Origin: Lama glama
Lineage: Eukaryota
Reading direction: 5' to 3'
Length of the DNA stretch: 64,000 nt
Assembly (NCBI GenBank): GCA_028534125.1
Contig: CM052817.1
Location: 29,824,001 to 29,888,000 of the forward strand
Part shown: positions 39,881-54,602 of the stretch, piece after piece
How positions within the stretch are numbered: the stretch's first letter is position 1
Layout of the letters: each line of letters begins with the position of its first letter
Made by a program: the position numbers and the translations under genes
Notes under the pieces: model-generated
Database searches by the model: none
The model's input: only the letters and a program-made list of their open reading frames with translations
What the model was told of the DNA's origin: nothing

Positions 39881-40944
39881 GGGAAGAAGGGAATGAGGGA
39901 CAGAGGGAAGGAGGAAGGAAAGAAAGTCATGGCAGCCTCTGATCTAAGAATTATACAGTCAAACCATATACAGAACAGTTTCATGAACTTTTCTGGCTGC
40001 TGTCCACTGGGGCTACCGTGTAAACATCCACTTACATTTAGAATTGTTTGTATGCTATTTTAGGTTGTTTATACCTCTATAGGAAAAGAGATGGTCAAGC
40101 CCATTTTTATGTTTAAAAAAAAAAAGGTTCAAGCTCTTGCTTGATGAAATGGTTTCTATGGAAACAGACTTCAAAACCTAATATAAGGGAAAAATAGAAA
40201 CTATTTTCAGAGAGCAAAATACTGATGCTAGTTTTTGTCTGTATTATCTTTTTTTTTCTTTTTTCCTTCTTTCTTTTTCTTTTTCTCTATTAGTACTCGT
40301 TCAAAGTGCATTTTGATTTTAACAAGTTTGCTGTGTAAGTATATAAAAGCTGTATTAATATAATGATTGCTCACTAAAAGACAGAACTCAATTTGTAGCA
40401 TAAAATTCTCTTATTTTTGTTAATTGTAAAATATTTGAAGGTATTTTTTCTTATTCTTTCCTTCAAGACATCCTCCTACGCAAACACATTATCCACCCCC
40501 TAAATTTCTGTAATTTTGACATTATTAAGGCAAGGACTATTATAACACATATCCTTTTAAAGCAGTAGATTCAGAGGCTACATTGTAGAACAGGTAAAGG
40601 TGGTATAGCTTGGCATTAAATGGAAAAGGTCCTTAGCTCTTAGGTAAAGACAAAATGTCTGCACCCTAGTGCACTGTTCCCGTAATTGGAATAACCTAAT
40701 TTAAAGCCTGCTTAGCTCCTTATCTCTGATAACATGGTAGCATTATTCAATATCTTTTCTTTTTCAGAATGGGAAAGAAAACTGTGGTCTAAAATCAGTC
40801 TAGAATGATTTTTATCTTAATCTTTCTTCAGTAATTTATTTTTCTCAGTGTAATCCTTCATACAGGCATTAATGCCAAGATTTCACAGTGCTGTGGCTTG
40901 CTAGGGGGCGTCTTCTTTCTGTGCATAGATCATTATCACCATCA

Positions 40945-41140
40945 CTATAGCTGTCTTTTATTGCATTTAATTATGTACCAAACATTCTGCCCCAAGCTTT
41001 ACATGCAGCTTTCCATTAGGTGAGTTTATTTCTTTAATCTTTATTTTACAGTGGAGCAGATGGAGGCTCAGAAGCATTTGTTAGCATGCCCAATGTTATG
41101 TAGCTAGTAAGTAAGAGACAGTCTGTCTGATTAGAGTAAA
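40945..41140 (-). mobile_element. MIR fragment
   Basis: TATTTTACAG...GGAGGCTCAGA...TGCCCAATGTTATGTAGCTAGTAAGT. Confidence 0.7.
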
Positions 41141-43544
41141 TTTTCTTGAGTTGCCACTCTGAGCCCCGCAGTTTATATTGTGAGCTGGTGCAGGCAAAGG
41201 GAAAGGAAGAGTTATGCCAGAAAGAGAGACCCTGGAGAAGGATAAAGAGCACCATAGATGAAGAGGCAGGACTTTAGCAACATTCTCTCAGAGAGCAAAA
41301 GTGGGGTTTCCAGGGCAGCGAGGGAGCAGCAAAGAGTTACTAAGCAACCAAGTCTATTTCTTTTATTTTTGTTCTTAAACCTGCAAGTACCTAAATGCTA
41401 CAATAATTAAAGAAAAATTATTTCCTTATTTTAAGGCATTTTCTAGGGCTTCTTAAAATGTTCACTAGCAGCTCAGAAGCAATGATTATTTGGGAGGAAA
41501 ATCACACAGACTAAGTTTTATAAAAAGACTAAAGAGAAGGGACGTGGAAGTGGTCTATGTTATTTTGAGTTATCTCATGTTCTAATACTAGGTCTGTTGT
41601 TTAGGGAACAGAATCTGTTTTTTTCTTAAATGGTTTGTGCATGTACAGTGTCATTGAATACACATTTTAACAAATATTCTATAACTCTCATAGCAGTTTT
41701 TAAATGTTAAATTTATTTGCTCACCCCACTTAGTTATTATGGTTTCACTATAATAATCATCCAAGGATAAAAACAATAGTATCAAAACATATGCACATAC
41801 ACTCACCTGCACACACCCTCTCTCACCTCAATTAGAAAAGCTATGTTGAGAAAATTATTGATGCAGCGCAAATAAGTTATGCAATTGCCCTATTTTTACA
41901 ACACAAACAAAATGACTGATATGGATAGAACATTATACTATGCAAGCATGTTGAAATGAATAAATTATTTCATTGTCTCTAAAACATATATTGTAGACAG
42001 GACAGAAAGGAGTATTTCCTAATACTGACCCAGTGCTGAATGTGGCAAAGGCTGTAAGAAAAAAATATAAATAAAATCTGTAGTGGCCCCAAAAGCCGGA
42101 CGTGTAAACTGAAAACTTCAATCCAAACTTGAGATTAAATGTATCAAAATACAAATCAACTGAGATTCACTGTTCCTGATTTCCAAAACGGTTAATTTTA
42201 TGATTAGACTCCAGATTCTCCTGAGTTTGGAAAAAAAATATATGTTTTACTACATCCTAACCTACAAACAACCAAAAAACCAAAAATGATAACTGTTTTT
42301 CTCAAGCCTTTCACAAATGCAGCCCACAGTCTTTCTTATCCCCAGGGGCTCTGGGCAGCAGCCATGTTGTAACTGGGGATCCAGCATAGCAGGGATTTGT
42401 GTGGCCCCTGAAACTATTTTAAAGCACTTCTGGGGACCCACAGACACTGGGCTACCATGTTAGGTCCCTGAAAAGGAAGGCATTCTGCCTCCTTAAAAGG
42501 ATCCATTCAGATAACCAGACACTCTAATAAACCTCTAAGCCAGTGAGTAAATGAGATATATCTTAGAGAGGCCAGTTCATTTCATGATATACCTTGGATC
42601 TTATTTGAATATAAAGGATTAGTCAGCTGTTACATGTTGCTACTTCACAAAAATAGCAAAGAAGTGAACATTTTAGTGACTTTTAAATATTTGTAATAAC
42701 AATTTAGAGTTTCTTTTAAACTATAAATTTCATTTTTTAATTGATTCATAATTAGGAAAAAAGATTCCTTGCTATTGGCCTAAAATAGTCTGCTCTCCAA
42801 TATCTGGATATCTCCAATATTCAATATTTTACTTTTAAGAAAACTTGAGCCAGGAAAATAAAAAGTTAATAATATTATTGAATTTAATTTTTTTAAATAA
42901 ACAGTAACATTAAAACCATTCAGAATGGAAATTTACTTGATTTTTAAATCATCCTTTCGTTTTTAACCATAATTATTGCTGTAATGTTAAAATGATTTTA
43001 ATTAAATTTACAGTAAATTGGGAGTATAAAAATATAAAGTATGTAATATAAGCACATGTTAAAATATTTTGTTGATTTTGAGTAATATAAACAAGTCCTT
43101 ACCAGCAGAAACGTGATTTCTAAAATATTGCATTTGTACATGCTAAGAATAATTTTGAATTAATTTTGATTAGACCAAACTGCTTAGTCTCAAGATGTTG
43201 GCAGACTTTAATGATTTCTATTTAGTGGTTTACTATGACAGCAATGTTGTATTTTATGCAAAAAAATCTGTTTCCTTAGTGACGGGAAGCAAACTGTTCA
43301 TTGCAAGGAAACCAATAGAAATAAAAATATTGTTTAATGTTAACTATTATAGCATAATATGGATAATTATATCCATATAGAATACAGTGGTAAATTAAAA
43401 AGATTTTAAACCTCCATAAATAGAATGTGAACTGCTATACTATATCAATTTAAAAAAATCAAAATTTTATTTGAGGGGTACAAAATAAAATATGTCCTCA
43501 CCCATACAAAATTTGAAACAAGAGGTATGTTATCAATGAAACTG

Positions 43545-43680
43545 ACACTAACTTGCATTCTTGAAATGACAAAAGTCATTTTACCATTCTTGAACTATTT
43601 CTGCCTTTGTAAAATAAATGACATTGAGTAGATTGACTCTAATGTTCTCACAGCTCTAGCAGTCAATGATTTTATGATTT
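43545..43680 (+). mobile_element. MIR3/MIR 3' fragment
   Basis: AAGTCATTTTACC...TGTAAAAT...CAGCTCTAGCAGTCAATGATTTTATGATT. Confidence 0.55.
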
Positions 43681-46600
43681 ACATCTCCCAAATTGATTGG
43701 TGAAGACTTGACAAGCCCTGAATTTTATAGATGATGTAGTATATCGCACCAGACTGTAGAGCAAAGAAGGTCATAACGGTTATATGCTGCTGACGTGGAG
43801 AGGCAGAGTTAGTATCCACTCTGTCCATACTGAGATATTTTCTAGAATTTTATTGGTAATGACCAGAGAGTTGGAGATTGGTGAAAAAAGACATGAGCTA
43901 GTACGTACACTACATCTCGAAAAACGTTGACACGCACTATCTAAGCCTGATATCAAATCAGATAAACTTCTGAGTTCCCAAAGAGAATCCCAGACGTTTG
44001 GTATTGTTATGGGTATATGGAAAATCTGGGAAGTTCATAAGAGCTCCCTTTCTCTCGTACCCTGAGACAGAAGAGAAATGGGATCAAGTGTCTTTGCATT
44101 TCTCACACTGATGGTGGTCTTGTCTTCTTTTAGTCTTTGTTTAATCTTTATGCTTTTTTCATATTTCTATAAAAAATCTAACTGAGGCTCCCTTGTATTT
44201 GGGATGGGCCCCTCCCTTTTGTAGACAACAGCCACTCTCTTAGGACTTGTCTTCTTCAGTAGCAATAAATGATCATCCTCACCTCACCTCATCCAACCCA
44301 AAAATAAGAGGGTGACTAAAGAAAATTAAGCTGGCATAGAATGCAAAACAAGCATTGTTTTGTACATATGCATACTCTTATCTAAACTAGATGTAGAAAA
44401 ACCTAGCCTCCAGGATAGAAGTTGAAATAGTTTGGGAAGCAAAGTCTGGTAAAAATAATATAAATCTGTCCTGTTTTTATACAAGGGTGTGATCTACCCC
44501 AAATAGGCATCAGGAAAGATTCTTAGATTCTTGAGGCTTTCATAAGTATCAAATCCAATAATGCCTAATTGACGTAATGCCTAGCACTCACTCAGTTCAC
44601 TTTAGCTATTACCAGTGTTTTATTATAATTGTATTAATTCAGTAATAATTATCAAGATTATAAAGCACTAACCTAAACAAACATGCCTGAACTTTGTGAA
44701 TTGGCAGTAAATGGATTTGAAAGGCATGAGGGAATCCTCAGTCTCAAAATATCTATTCCAACACATATCTATCAGAATGATTGGTATTTTAGATTTGCTA
44801 TTGAAGTCATTGGCCATTGGGACATTTACTCATTTACCCCCTTTCTGGAGTGTCTACTATATGCAAGCTACCATTTTTGAACATTATCTTGGTAGTACTT
44901 ACCCCATATGAATCAGTTAAAAAATATATGGCTTAATTTATGCAACAAAATATGTAGCAGTCTGTCAAAGACAGTAAAGTTGAATATCCTGAAACAAGAA
45001 AATAAAGAGGTCATGTAAGGGGAAAAATCAGTCATTTCCTAGAGCTCTAGGACATAGTGACGACAGAGAAAAGTCATCATCCAGAAAGAGTGACATTAAG
45101 TGAGGGACAGCTACACAGACAAAGACACATTTTTTCCTCTGCTTTTGAACTGTCTTTCTTTTAGACAAAATTAATCACTTAGTAAGTAGGGAGTATATTC
45201 TCCACTTCAGAGGAAATATCTTGAGGTTCTGCAATCCAACACTCTCCCATTTGAAGTCACCCATATGTGACTGAGGCAGTCATACCCATCAGATGATTCT
45301 ACAGGTACCCTTTAGGAATGACATAATACCAACAACAGCAATGGTCAGAGGTCCAGACATTTGGTAAGAGAAGAGACTCTAGAAGTAAGAAGAGCTCTAA
45401 AATTATTCACCAACAAGAATTTCTATTATTGAGTACTATTAGGATATTACATGCCTGAAGTTCTGAGCCAGATAGTGTCTTGAAGTCACTCTAAGATCTA
45501 AAATATGCAAATTATTGACAGTCACTATAAAGGGTAAAGAAAAATAAATGCATTGAAACTTGCAGTATTGCAAACTAAAATTGCTCGATCTGCTAGAAAT
45601 ATAGATGTGATCCAATACAGGCTGGTCAGCCGAACCACTTGGATTAAATCACATGGGAGTAGAACTATGATGGGCTTTCTTTGGTTTCCTTTTAATTAAG
45701 CCAGGTAGAGTGACTGTGAAAATAAAGAAGCCTAACCTTTAATTAAATGGAATTTTACAACTGAGGTTCGATTCTCCTTGAAGTAGCCTAGGACTTGGGT
45801 TATATTGAGTTTTAGTCTGGGATTAGATGTAATAAGGGTGGCTGAAAGAATATGTCTAAAATTTGACCTGGGATAAATTCCAATATGCAGGGTAAGCTCA
45901 GAGATATTAAATTGAGCAGACAGAGAAGAGGTAGCAGAGCCTTATTGACATCTCATCCTGGAGGTCAGGCGTGGTACAATGCCAATCTGGCTGCTGCGTG
46001 CATAAGCTTCCCTACCACCATATTGAGCTGCTAGTCCCTCTAAATCTCACTTATTTCCAATTCAAAGAAAAAAATGGCCATTTTGGTAGCAATCATAGAG
46101 AAAAATCTTTGTCCAAGCTTAAAAATTTGTTCATAGCTATGGAATTACTAAGTTTAAACCTCAGAAATAGGGAATCTTCTGGAATTGATTCATCCAGAAC
46201 CAGACTTCAGCCAGCAGCAAGAAGTAGGATACACCAACCCTAGGAGTGAAGTTCTTGTCAATGAAGTAACTGAGGTCCCAGGTAATGCTCTAGACCCAGA
46301 ATGTAACTGGAAATCTCACCATCAATCGTTTTAAAATCCCTGACTCTACTGACTGGGCCAAAGGCAAAAAATGTTAGGTGAAATTAGATTTTAATATGAT
46401 CTCTTGTTCCCAGGACTTAGACTATGAGTAAAAGGCACCTGAAAGTATGTGACTTTTTCTATCCTAACACCAGGAAGGCGAAAATGATAGCTATAAAGGG
46501 GCAGAGAGCACTAGCTTTGCCACAAGAAAACATGCTGTGCAGCCTTCTGATGGCTTCGGAGGAGCATTAATATGGATTTTCAAATAAATAATAATGCAGC

Positions 46601-47149
46601 TCTCCTCTGTTACAATAAAAGACATGGCCACAAAGTGTATATTAAAAAGTTCCAAGTTTCAAAAGAAGTTTTTGTGTTAGTCTGAACCATAAAAATAGAT
46701 GAAATCCTCTAAAAGTAATGCTATAGAGATTTTAAAGCAGGGCTAGGAGCTAGTGCATTCAAGTCTACATTGAGTTATATATACATATGAATTTATATAT
46801 ATGAATTTTATAATCTAAAATAATTTTGTTCTAATAATTTTTCTGAAAAAAGTCCTATCAGCATTCCAAAGACATTTAAGAAGCCACCCAACTTACATTA
46901 ATTCAATATGAAACAATTGATTAAAAGAGGTGTAATTTGACAGACAATGTTTGCTACAATGTCCTTAAGAAAATTTTTCTAGAAAAGCTGATAACCAATA
47001 CTAATCTTAAGTACTTATCAAATGAAAATGTGGTTGTAGGCTGCAAAGTGAAATAGTGTAAAATATTACTGTAATATTTTAGATATGAACTAAATGTAAG
47101 AGTGATAGTATTAATAGCATAGATTTTGAATCTTCTCCAAGCAGAATTC

Positions 47150-48192
47150 TGCAATATGTAGAAAGAATTGCACATCATGACCTAGTGGGACTTATTCCAA
47201 GGATGCAAGGCAAGTCCAATTTTTTTGAGGTAAAGTTAACAAATAACATTATATTAGTTTCAGTTGTACAAAATGATGACTTGATATTTTTATACATTGC
47301 AAAATGTTGATCACAGTAAGTCTAGTTAACATCCATCACCACATTTTTTTGTGTGTCTGATTGAGAAACTTTAAGATCTACTCTCTCAGCAACTTCCAGA
47401 TATGCAATACAGTATTTTAACTATAGTAACTATCCTATACTAGGCAGTTTTGAGTTTTGAAAATCCATCAGTGTAATCCATCATGTGGACAGGCTAAAGA
47501 AGAAAGATTAGATGATTATATCAATTGATGCAGAGAAGCATCAGCAAAATTCAACATCTATTCATAACAAAAATTCTCAGGAAGAATCAAAAGAGAGGGG
47601 GAATTTCCTCAACATGATAAAGAATATCTACCAAAAGCATACAGGTAACATCATATTTAATGTGAAAAGCTGAGTATTTTTCCACTACTATTGGCAACAA
47701 GGCAAGAATGTCTGATCTAACCACTCTTACTGAACAAAGTTCTGGAAGTTGTAACCAGTTAAATGTAGGGAGTAAAAAGGAAGTAAGAGGCATTTAAATT
47801 TGAAAGGAAAAAAACACTATTTGTATATTTATAGATAAATAAGTTATTTCATTAAGGCCATATGATACAAGATAAATAAACAAAAATCAATTGTATTTCA
47901 GTAATTTAGCAATAAAAACATGGACACCAAAATTTAAGGATCTATGTCATTACATTTGCCAAAAAATGTTATGCCTAAATGTATGTGTACTCAATCAGGT
48001 GTGGGATTTGTATGCTGTAAACTACAAAATGCTAAAGAAAGAAATCTCAGAAGAGCTAAATAAATGTGGATACATACCGTATTTATATGTTGGAAGACAC
48101 ATCAAAATAAAGATATCAATTCCCTTCAAATTGATGTTTAAGTTTAATACAATTTCTGTCAAAATCCCAGCAAGATTTATGGTTGCTATAGA
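47150..48192 (+). mobile_element. Old L1 ORF2 (RT region) fragment
   Basis: CATCATGACCTAGTGGGACTTATTCCAAGGATGCAAGG, ATGATTATATCAATTGATGCAGAGAAGCA (MIISIDAEK); ORF 47891-48286 has VWDLYAVNYKMLKKEISEELNK. Confidence 0.8.
47220..47440 (-). mobile_element. L1MA-type 3' end nested in the older L1
   Basis: T-run then ATAACATTATATTAGTTTCAG...AAGTCTAGTTAACATCCATCACC...TTTAAGATCTACTCTCTCAGCAACTT. Confidence 0.85.
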
Positions 48193-48194
48193 TC

Positions 48195-50640
48195 TTAGGT
48201 TCCTCTTGGCTAAGACAGTTTCTCAGACTTTCATGGTTTTTGATAACCTTAGCAGTTTTGAAAAGTACAGGTCAGATATTTCATAGAATGTCCCTCCACT
48301 GGATTTAGTGATTTTTTTTTCTCATGATTACGCTGCCATTATAGGTTTTGGGGAGGAAGATCAAAGAGTTAAAGTGTCATTTACGTCACATTGTATCAAG
48401 AATACATACAGTCAGTAGGATTTTCCACTGTTGATGTTAACCTTGCTCATCTGGCTGAGAAATTGATTCTCAAGATCCCCTATTAGATAGTAACTCTTTT
48501 TATCTCTGCTTTTGTACTCTATGATTTGCAGAGAACTCACAATGTGCAACCAACACTTAATGAGTAGGGAGTTATGCTCTTCTTCTCTGAGGGTGGAATA
48601 TCTACATAAATTTCTTTGAATTCTTCTGCACAGCCTTGTGTTTTCTACACTACTTATTTAGTTATTCAATCATTTATTTATAGCGGTATGGACTTGGATA
48701 TTTCTTCTGTATTCTAGGTTATAATCCAATATTAATTTATTTATCATGTTCAAATTGCTCTAAACTCTGTCAAGGGAAGGTCTTTCAGTAAACCCTTTTT
48801 TTTGTTTGCTTGCTTGCTTGCTTGCTTGCTTGTTTTTTGACATACACCAATCATGAAATTTTTGGTCGATGTGATTAAATGCTTTTGAGTATTTCTTTAC
48901 TCTCAAACACTATGAGATGTCCCAGACTTATATTGTCTGTTTTTCTGCTCCATTAATAATCAACCATTTTTCCATGGAGCTGCTTTTAATTGATAATGGT
49001 TTTAGAAGCCAAGAACTGTGTGCTAGATGTGCTTGCTGTTCCTGGTATACCATTGCTCCTGGACCTCTCAGCTGATGTAGCAAGAAAATATGTGTGTGTA
49101 TAAAGCCCGTGTATACATACGTATGTATGAATGTAGCCATGTATATCTATATTAAACTAAAAATGGATTCATCCTGATGTTCCAAACCTGAATTATTACC
49201 ACATGGATTATTCTGGACTCTTTGCTTATTTGTAACCTCTCACTCTAACACCTGCCTCCGTCGCCTGCCATTCATTTACATAATTATTTCATTACAGTAT
49301 ATCCTGATACAGGATACAGGATATAGAAATATCAAAATTGTTAACTTGTAACCCTATGGGAAACAATTTCATCAAGTAGAGTGTAGTATTTATGTACATT
49401 TTCTTTTGCCTTTATTCTTATAAACACCATTCATTTCCGAAGCTACTTATGTCAGCAAACTTTTCCTCCCGTCTCCTTCAGTAAGGCTGTTTCATTCACA
49501 TTAATAATATAGTCAGATTGTTTCACAACATTCTTCATACTGTCCTGGGTGTATACACCTCCTTTATTTATTCCTTTGAAAACCTTCCTTTCTTTATGTA
49601 GATTAAAGATTTTGAACAATATCATTTTCCTACTTCCTGAATAATTTTGACATTTCTTCCACGGCAAATCTACTGAGAATAAATTCTCTCAGTTTTGAGA
49701 AAGTTTATAATTCTCCTTCCCTTTTGAAGGATGATTTCATAAGATACAGAACACTAGTTTAGTGGATTTTTTTTTCTTTTGACACTTCAAATATTTCATT
49801 CCATACTCTTCTTGCTTCCATGGTTTCTAAATAAGAGTCCATTTTAATTCTTTCCATTGGTCCTCTATAGATTTATTTTCCCTTTATCTTCCCTAAATAT
49901 TTTTTCTTTGTCTTTGTTTTTTGAAGTTTGAACAGGATATGGCTAGGTATAGTTTTTGTTGTTATTATTTATCCTGCCTGGTTGTCTATGAATTTCCTGG
50001 GTCTCTGGTTTGGTATCTGTTACTAATTTTGAAAATCCTTGGCCATTATTATTTCAAATATTTCTTCAACTTTGTTTTTTCTTCTCAACTGATATACCAA
50101 TTATACGTACTTTACACGTCTCAAAATCATTCACAGATCTCAGATGTTCTGTTCTGTGTTTTTCTTGTTGTTCTTTGTTTTTATTTTTAATTTTACATAT
50201 GCATTTTTGTTTGGGAAGTTTCTGTAGACTTTCAAGCTTACTGATTCTTTCTTCAGCCACAACCAGTCTACTGATGAGCCCAACAAAGAAACTTTCTAAC
50301 TGTATTAAAATTATTTTTGTTTGTAGAATCTCCCTTGGCTCTTTCTCAGTTTCTATTTCTCTGTTTATACTATTTATCTCTTATTGCATGGTGTCTACAT
50401 GTTTTCCATTAGTGCTCTTAACATATTAAGATGCTAACATAGCTATTTAAATTTTCCTATCTGGTAATTCCAAAATTTGTCACTTTTTTTTTTTTTTTTG
50501 CTTCTGTTGTTTGCTTTTTTTCTTCACACTGATTTTTTTTTCTTGCTTTTTTTGCATGACTTGTAATTTTTCTGTAAGTCTGATATGATGTTTTGGGTTA
50601 TTTGTTTTACATTATTTAATGTGAGGTTTTATGTTTGTAT
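48195..50640 (-). mobile_element. L1MC-class element: 3'UTR joined at ~49560 to ORF1/5' region
   Basis: GACAGTTTCTCAGACTTTC...GGGAGGAAGA (antisense L1MC/MD 3'UTR) followed by sequence homologous to 19740-20700; contains (TTGC)n at ~48806-48832. Confidence 0.75.
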
Positions 50641-50644
50641 AGCT

Positions 50645-51345
50645 AGATCACTCATGCATTGCTGATGGGAATGTAAAATGGTACAGCTGCTCTTGAAAAT
50701 ATTTTGGAATTTTCTTCTTAAAAAAGCAAAGCATGCAATTTTCATAGGAGTCATCAGTTGACTCCTAGGTTTTTATTCCAGAGAGATGAAAATTATGTTA
50801 AAACACACACACACACACAAATATATACACAAATATTTTGTCAGCTTTATTTATAATAGCCCCAAATTAGATGTCCTTCAACAGGTGAATGGCTCAACTT
50901 TGGTACATCCACACGATGGAATACTACCTACGATAACAAGGAACAACCTGTGGATACATGCATAGCCTAGATGAATCTCCAGAAAATTTTGCTGAATGAA
51001 ATAAAAGCCAATACCAAAAGGTTATATATTACATTAGTCCATTGATATGACATTAGTGAAATGGTAAAATCATAGAAAACAGACTAGAACTGAAGAACAG
51101 ATGACAGGGATTAAGGAGGGCGTAGGGGTTAAAGGGGACCAGTGTGGCTATATAACGGCAACCTGTGGTGATGGAAAATTTCTGTATCTTGACTGTATAA
51201 ATGCCAATACTCTATTTGTAATATTTTATCATCTTTTTGCAAGATATTATTATTGGGGAAAATGAGTAAATCTTCCATAAGATCTTTCTATTATTTCTTA
51301 CAACTTCAAATGAATCTACAATTATCTCAAAATGAAAATATTTAA
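50645..51345 (+). mobile_element. L1MD/MC-class ORF2 end and 3'UTR
   Basis: CATTGCTGATGGGAATGTAAAATGGTACAG...TTATTTCTTACAACT..ATGAATCTACAATTATCTCAAAAT. Confidence 0.85.
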
Positions 51346-54300
51346 CTAAGTTTTTTTTCTGATAAAGTTCTTTTCCACTATCACTTTATTTTTTTTTTTT
51401 CTATAAGTTATTGGAAAAAAAGATTCCCTGGATCCAGAGGGTAAATAGCTGTGACTACATTTTCTGGTATATTATGTGACACCAGGAAATTAACTTATCC
51501 ATTGAAATTAATATATCCAATGTGAAGCAGGCCTGTGATGATTTTGTTTCACAGCCTATGTCAAAAAAAAAAGAAAACCTACAAAGGTATTTACAGAAAC
51601 AGTTTTGTCTTCTTTGATGTCATTGATTCAAGCTGTTATATTTGTAGACATTTCTTTACAGATGTTGTGAGATGTTCTCACTTCTTAGAACTATATTTGA
51701 AGTCTGTAGAGTGAAATATTTTTCTAAATTATACTCTGCAAAGAAGAGAGTATACACGTTATCAGTTATGAGTAGTGATCCCCACATCAATGACAGACAA
51801 GAATCTTTTTTGAATACTGCTTTTTAGAATATTCAATTACTTGTTTGTCATGTATTTATTACCCAGAGGCACATATGAATCAGAATTCCTTTACGTAATT
51901 TAAGTTATGCAAATACTCTTTAAGAGTACATGGACTGTTATATTTCTTAGTCAGGAAATTGCCTTCAGGCTTCAAGTCAATCATTTTGCATGGAAAATTT
52001 CCCTGTGATTTACAGGAGGCATCACATCTGTTTCGTTGCCTAAAACCCAAGAGGTGGTTGCTATATTAAATAAAATACATTTAAGTTATTGAAAGCCTGA
52101 AAATTTCCCAGTGTAATACTTCCCATGGTCTGAAACCATTTCTCCTTTTTTTTTTTAAATGTAATTTCTACTGAGTTAACCCGAATGCAGAATCACATGG
52201 CCTATTACTTTGCCTCTTCTGGACACAATGAATCCTAGAATTTTAATACTGTAAATACCAACTAACAGATAACAGTTTGGTCCAAAACCCATATTGGCAG
52301 ACACAAGTTGAGAGTGAGGGCTTATGGAATTTGCCCAGAGTCCTAGAGTAGGCAGAGAATTAGATCATAAAGAAAGGTTATGGTTTACATTATTAATATG
52401 GTGCATTGCTGAAATTTTCCCACCTCTTCAAGCCATGAAACTAAATAGTAAAAGGAAATCTTGTTGCTTATAAAAATTTCACTATCTATTTAAATTTTAT
52501 TTCATTTAGAAAGATTTCCTAGAACCCCATACAATTATATTAGATTCCCCTTCAGTGTTCTTCTGTGGTGCTCTTATGTAGAAATCCACCATATAAGACA
52601 GATTTTTGTTTGTTTTTAAGAGCTGCTTTCCTCACCTTTGCAATTTTCATCACGCAAGTCCTTGAGGGAGATTCCATGAAATCCTTGGTTCTCCTCTGAG
52701 CCCAATTTGAAAACTACTGATCTGTATTATTAAGCAATAAAGGAGCATATTAAAATTCAACCTTAATAAAGACAATGGACAAGCATTCTATGAAGATATA
52801 ACTTAAAATAATATATATTAACATAGACCTTGATGACTGGAAATTCAGAGCATGGTTCATTTATTTTTAGTGGCCTGCCCAAGGACTAGAGTAGGACTCA
52901 GCAACATGTCAAAAATGTGCAAACCAGTTGCAAAGCCGCCTTCTTACTCATGTTTAAGGCCTGCAGAAGACATAGCAGAGGATATAATGGTTCCAGATGT
53001 CAGTAGAAGGTGCTCCACCTTTCAGAATGTCTCTCTACATGTACCTAAAACTGAAAGTCACTTGTGTCATTAATCTTTTCTTTTAATTTAAATACCATTC
53101 TGTATTATAAGAGAATTGATTGCATTATATTTATTTGTTGAAAAGTTGTTTTCCTCCGTACTAGAGAATTAAGGCCAGAGGGTTATGTAAGTTGATTTTA
53201 CATCCATAACACATGGAACAAAATATATGAAGAAAAAATGAATTAAAGGAAAATTCAAACAATAAAACACACAAAAATGTCAGGACTTATTATTCAGATA
53301 ATATACATACAAGGTTTTATAGACATTGACTCATTTGCACTCAGCTGTCAGCACGTAGCATACCTGTGACTTCCTTCCTCGGTCTGAGACAAACCTTTTG
53401 GATTTTCTGTGAACTTCTTAACACAAATCATAACTTTTAGAAGACGCTGCTTTTGATATGAACATCAAAGTCCCTGTTTGCTAATAAACACACTAGAGTT
53501 TGACCAATAGCTCAGTGGGTTTAAGTACAATCTGGCTGAAAGTAACCATTGATATCTTTCTTCTAAATAAGTCTTGAATGACGTAATATTAATTTGTATA
53601 TTAAAATGTGTCAATTTGTGGAGTTGCTGCTTTAAAAAAATCATCACCCAGGAACAGGCAAACAGGAATGCTAATTCTATGGTACTGTAATATCTGCCAT
53701 GTCTTTGTATATTATTTTAGCTACGTAAAGTGGGAAATCTTCATCCTAAATTTATGAATCACATGTTTCGTGAATATCTATTGTGTGGCAAACTTCAGGC
53801 TGAATGCTAGGAAAAACAAAACAAAACAAAATAAAGCTGACTCATAGGGGAAGGTCCGTGTTATTTGCTAAATAAGTAAATAAATATTTAAAGAGGTTGA
53901 AAAGAATTAAGCCTGTCAACTTTAGAGTGAATAAGTTTTATTTAATCAATATTTTATTGAATGATTAATACATAATATGATAATGCTTTGCTAATATAGT
54001 AAGTCCTTGTATTGGCGTTCAATTCAAAGAAAGAAAGAGTAACATTGAGGCCTGGGACAGGATTAACTTAAACATTTGAGAAAAGCGCTTGTACTGGCAG
54101 AAGAGAACATGACGGCAAAGGAAAGGGTAAAAGAAATGAGATAGTTATAAACTCTGTTTCAGATCTTTGCTTTATATAGTATATTAAGAAAAGAAAAATA
54201 TGATTCTTTGTATGCAAGAAAGTGATATAAAGTTCAGAAAAGAGGGTACATTAAGAAGACACTTCTAAAAGACTTCACAGAGTCTGAAATTCAACATTTA

Positions 54301-54602
54301 TGTAAGAAGATGCACAAATTGTTGTTGAGCAAGGAAACAGTTGTGCAAATGTGTTTAACAGAAATTAATTTGTGAGTTGCATTTTGGATTGGAAAGAGGA
54401 CCACTGGACTCCATTTCTAGTTGAATGTGATACTAGACTATACAGAAACCTTTCCCAGTTCAGCATAGTAAAAATACTAGGTAATTAAAAGTTATATATT
54501 TTTATAGATGACTGAGCCGTTGAAGAAAAAAGTTCAGGAGTTCCTCAGAGGAGAGAAATGTTCAAATATACATGCAGAAAAGTAATGGCCTTTCTTTAAA
54601 AT

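Noticed and set aside
43730..44340. Possible ancient LTR (slightly higher GC, AATAAA near 44265)
   Set aside because: No recognisable termini, TSD or family match by eye.
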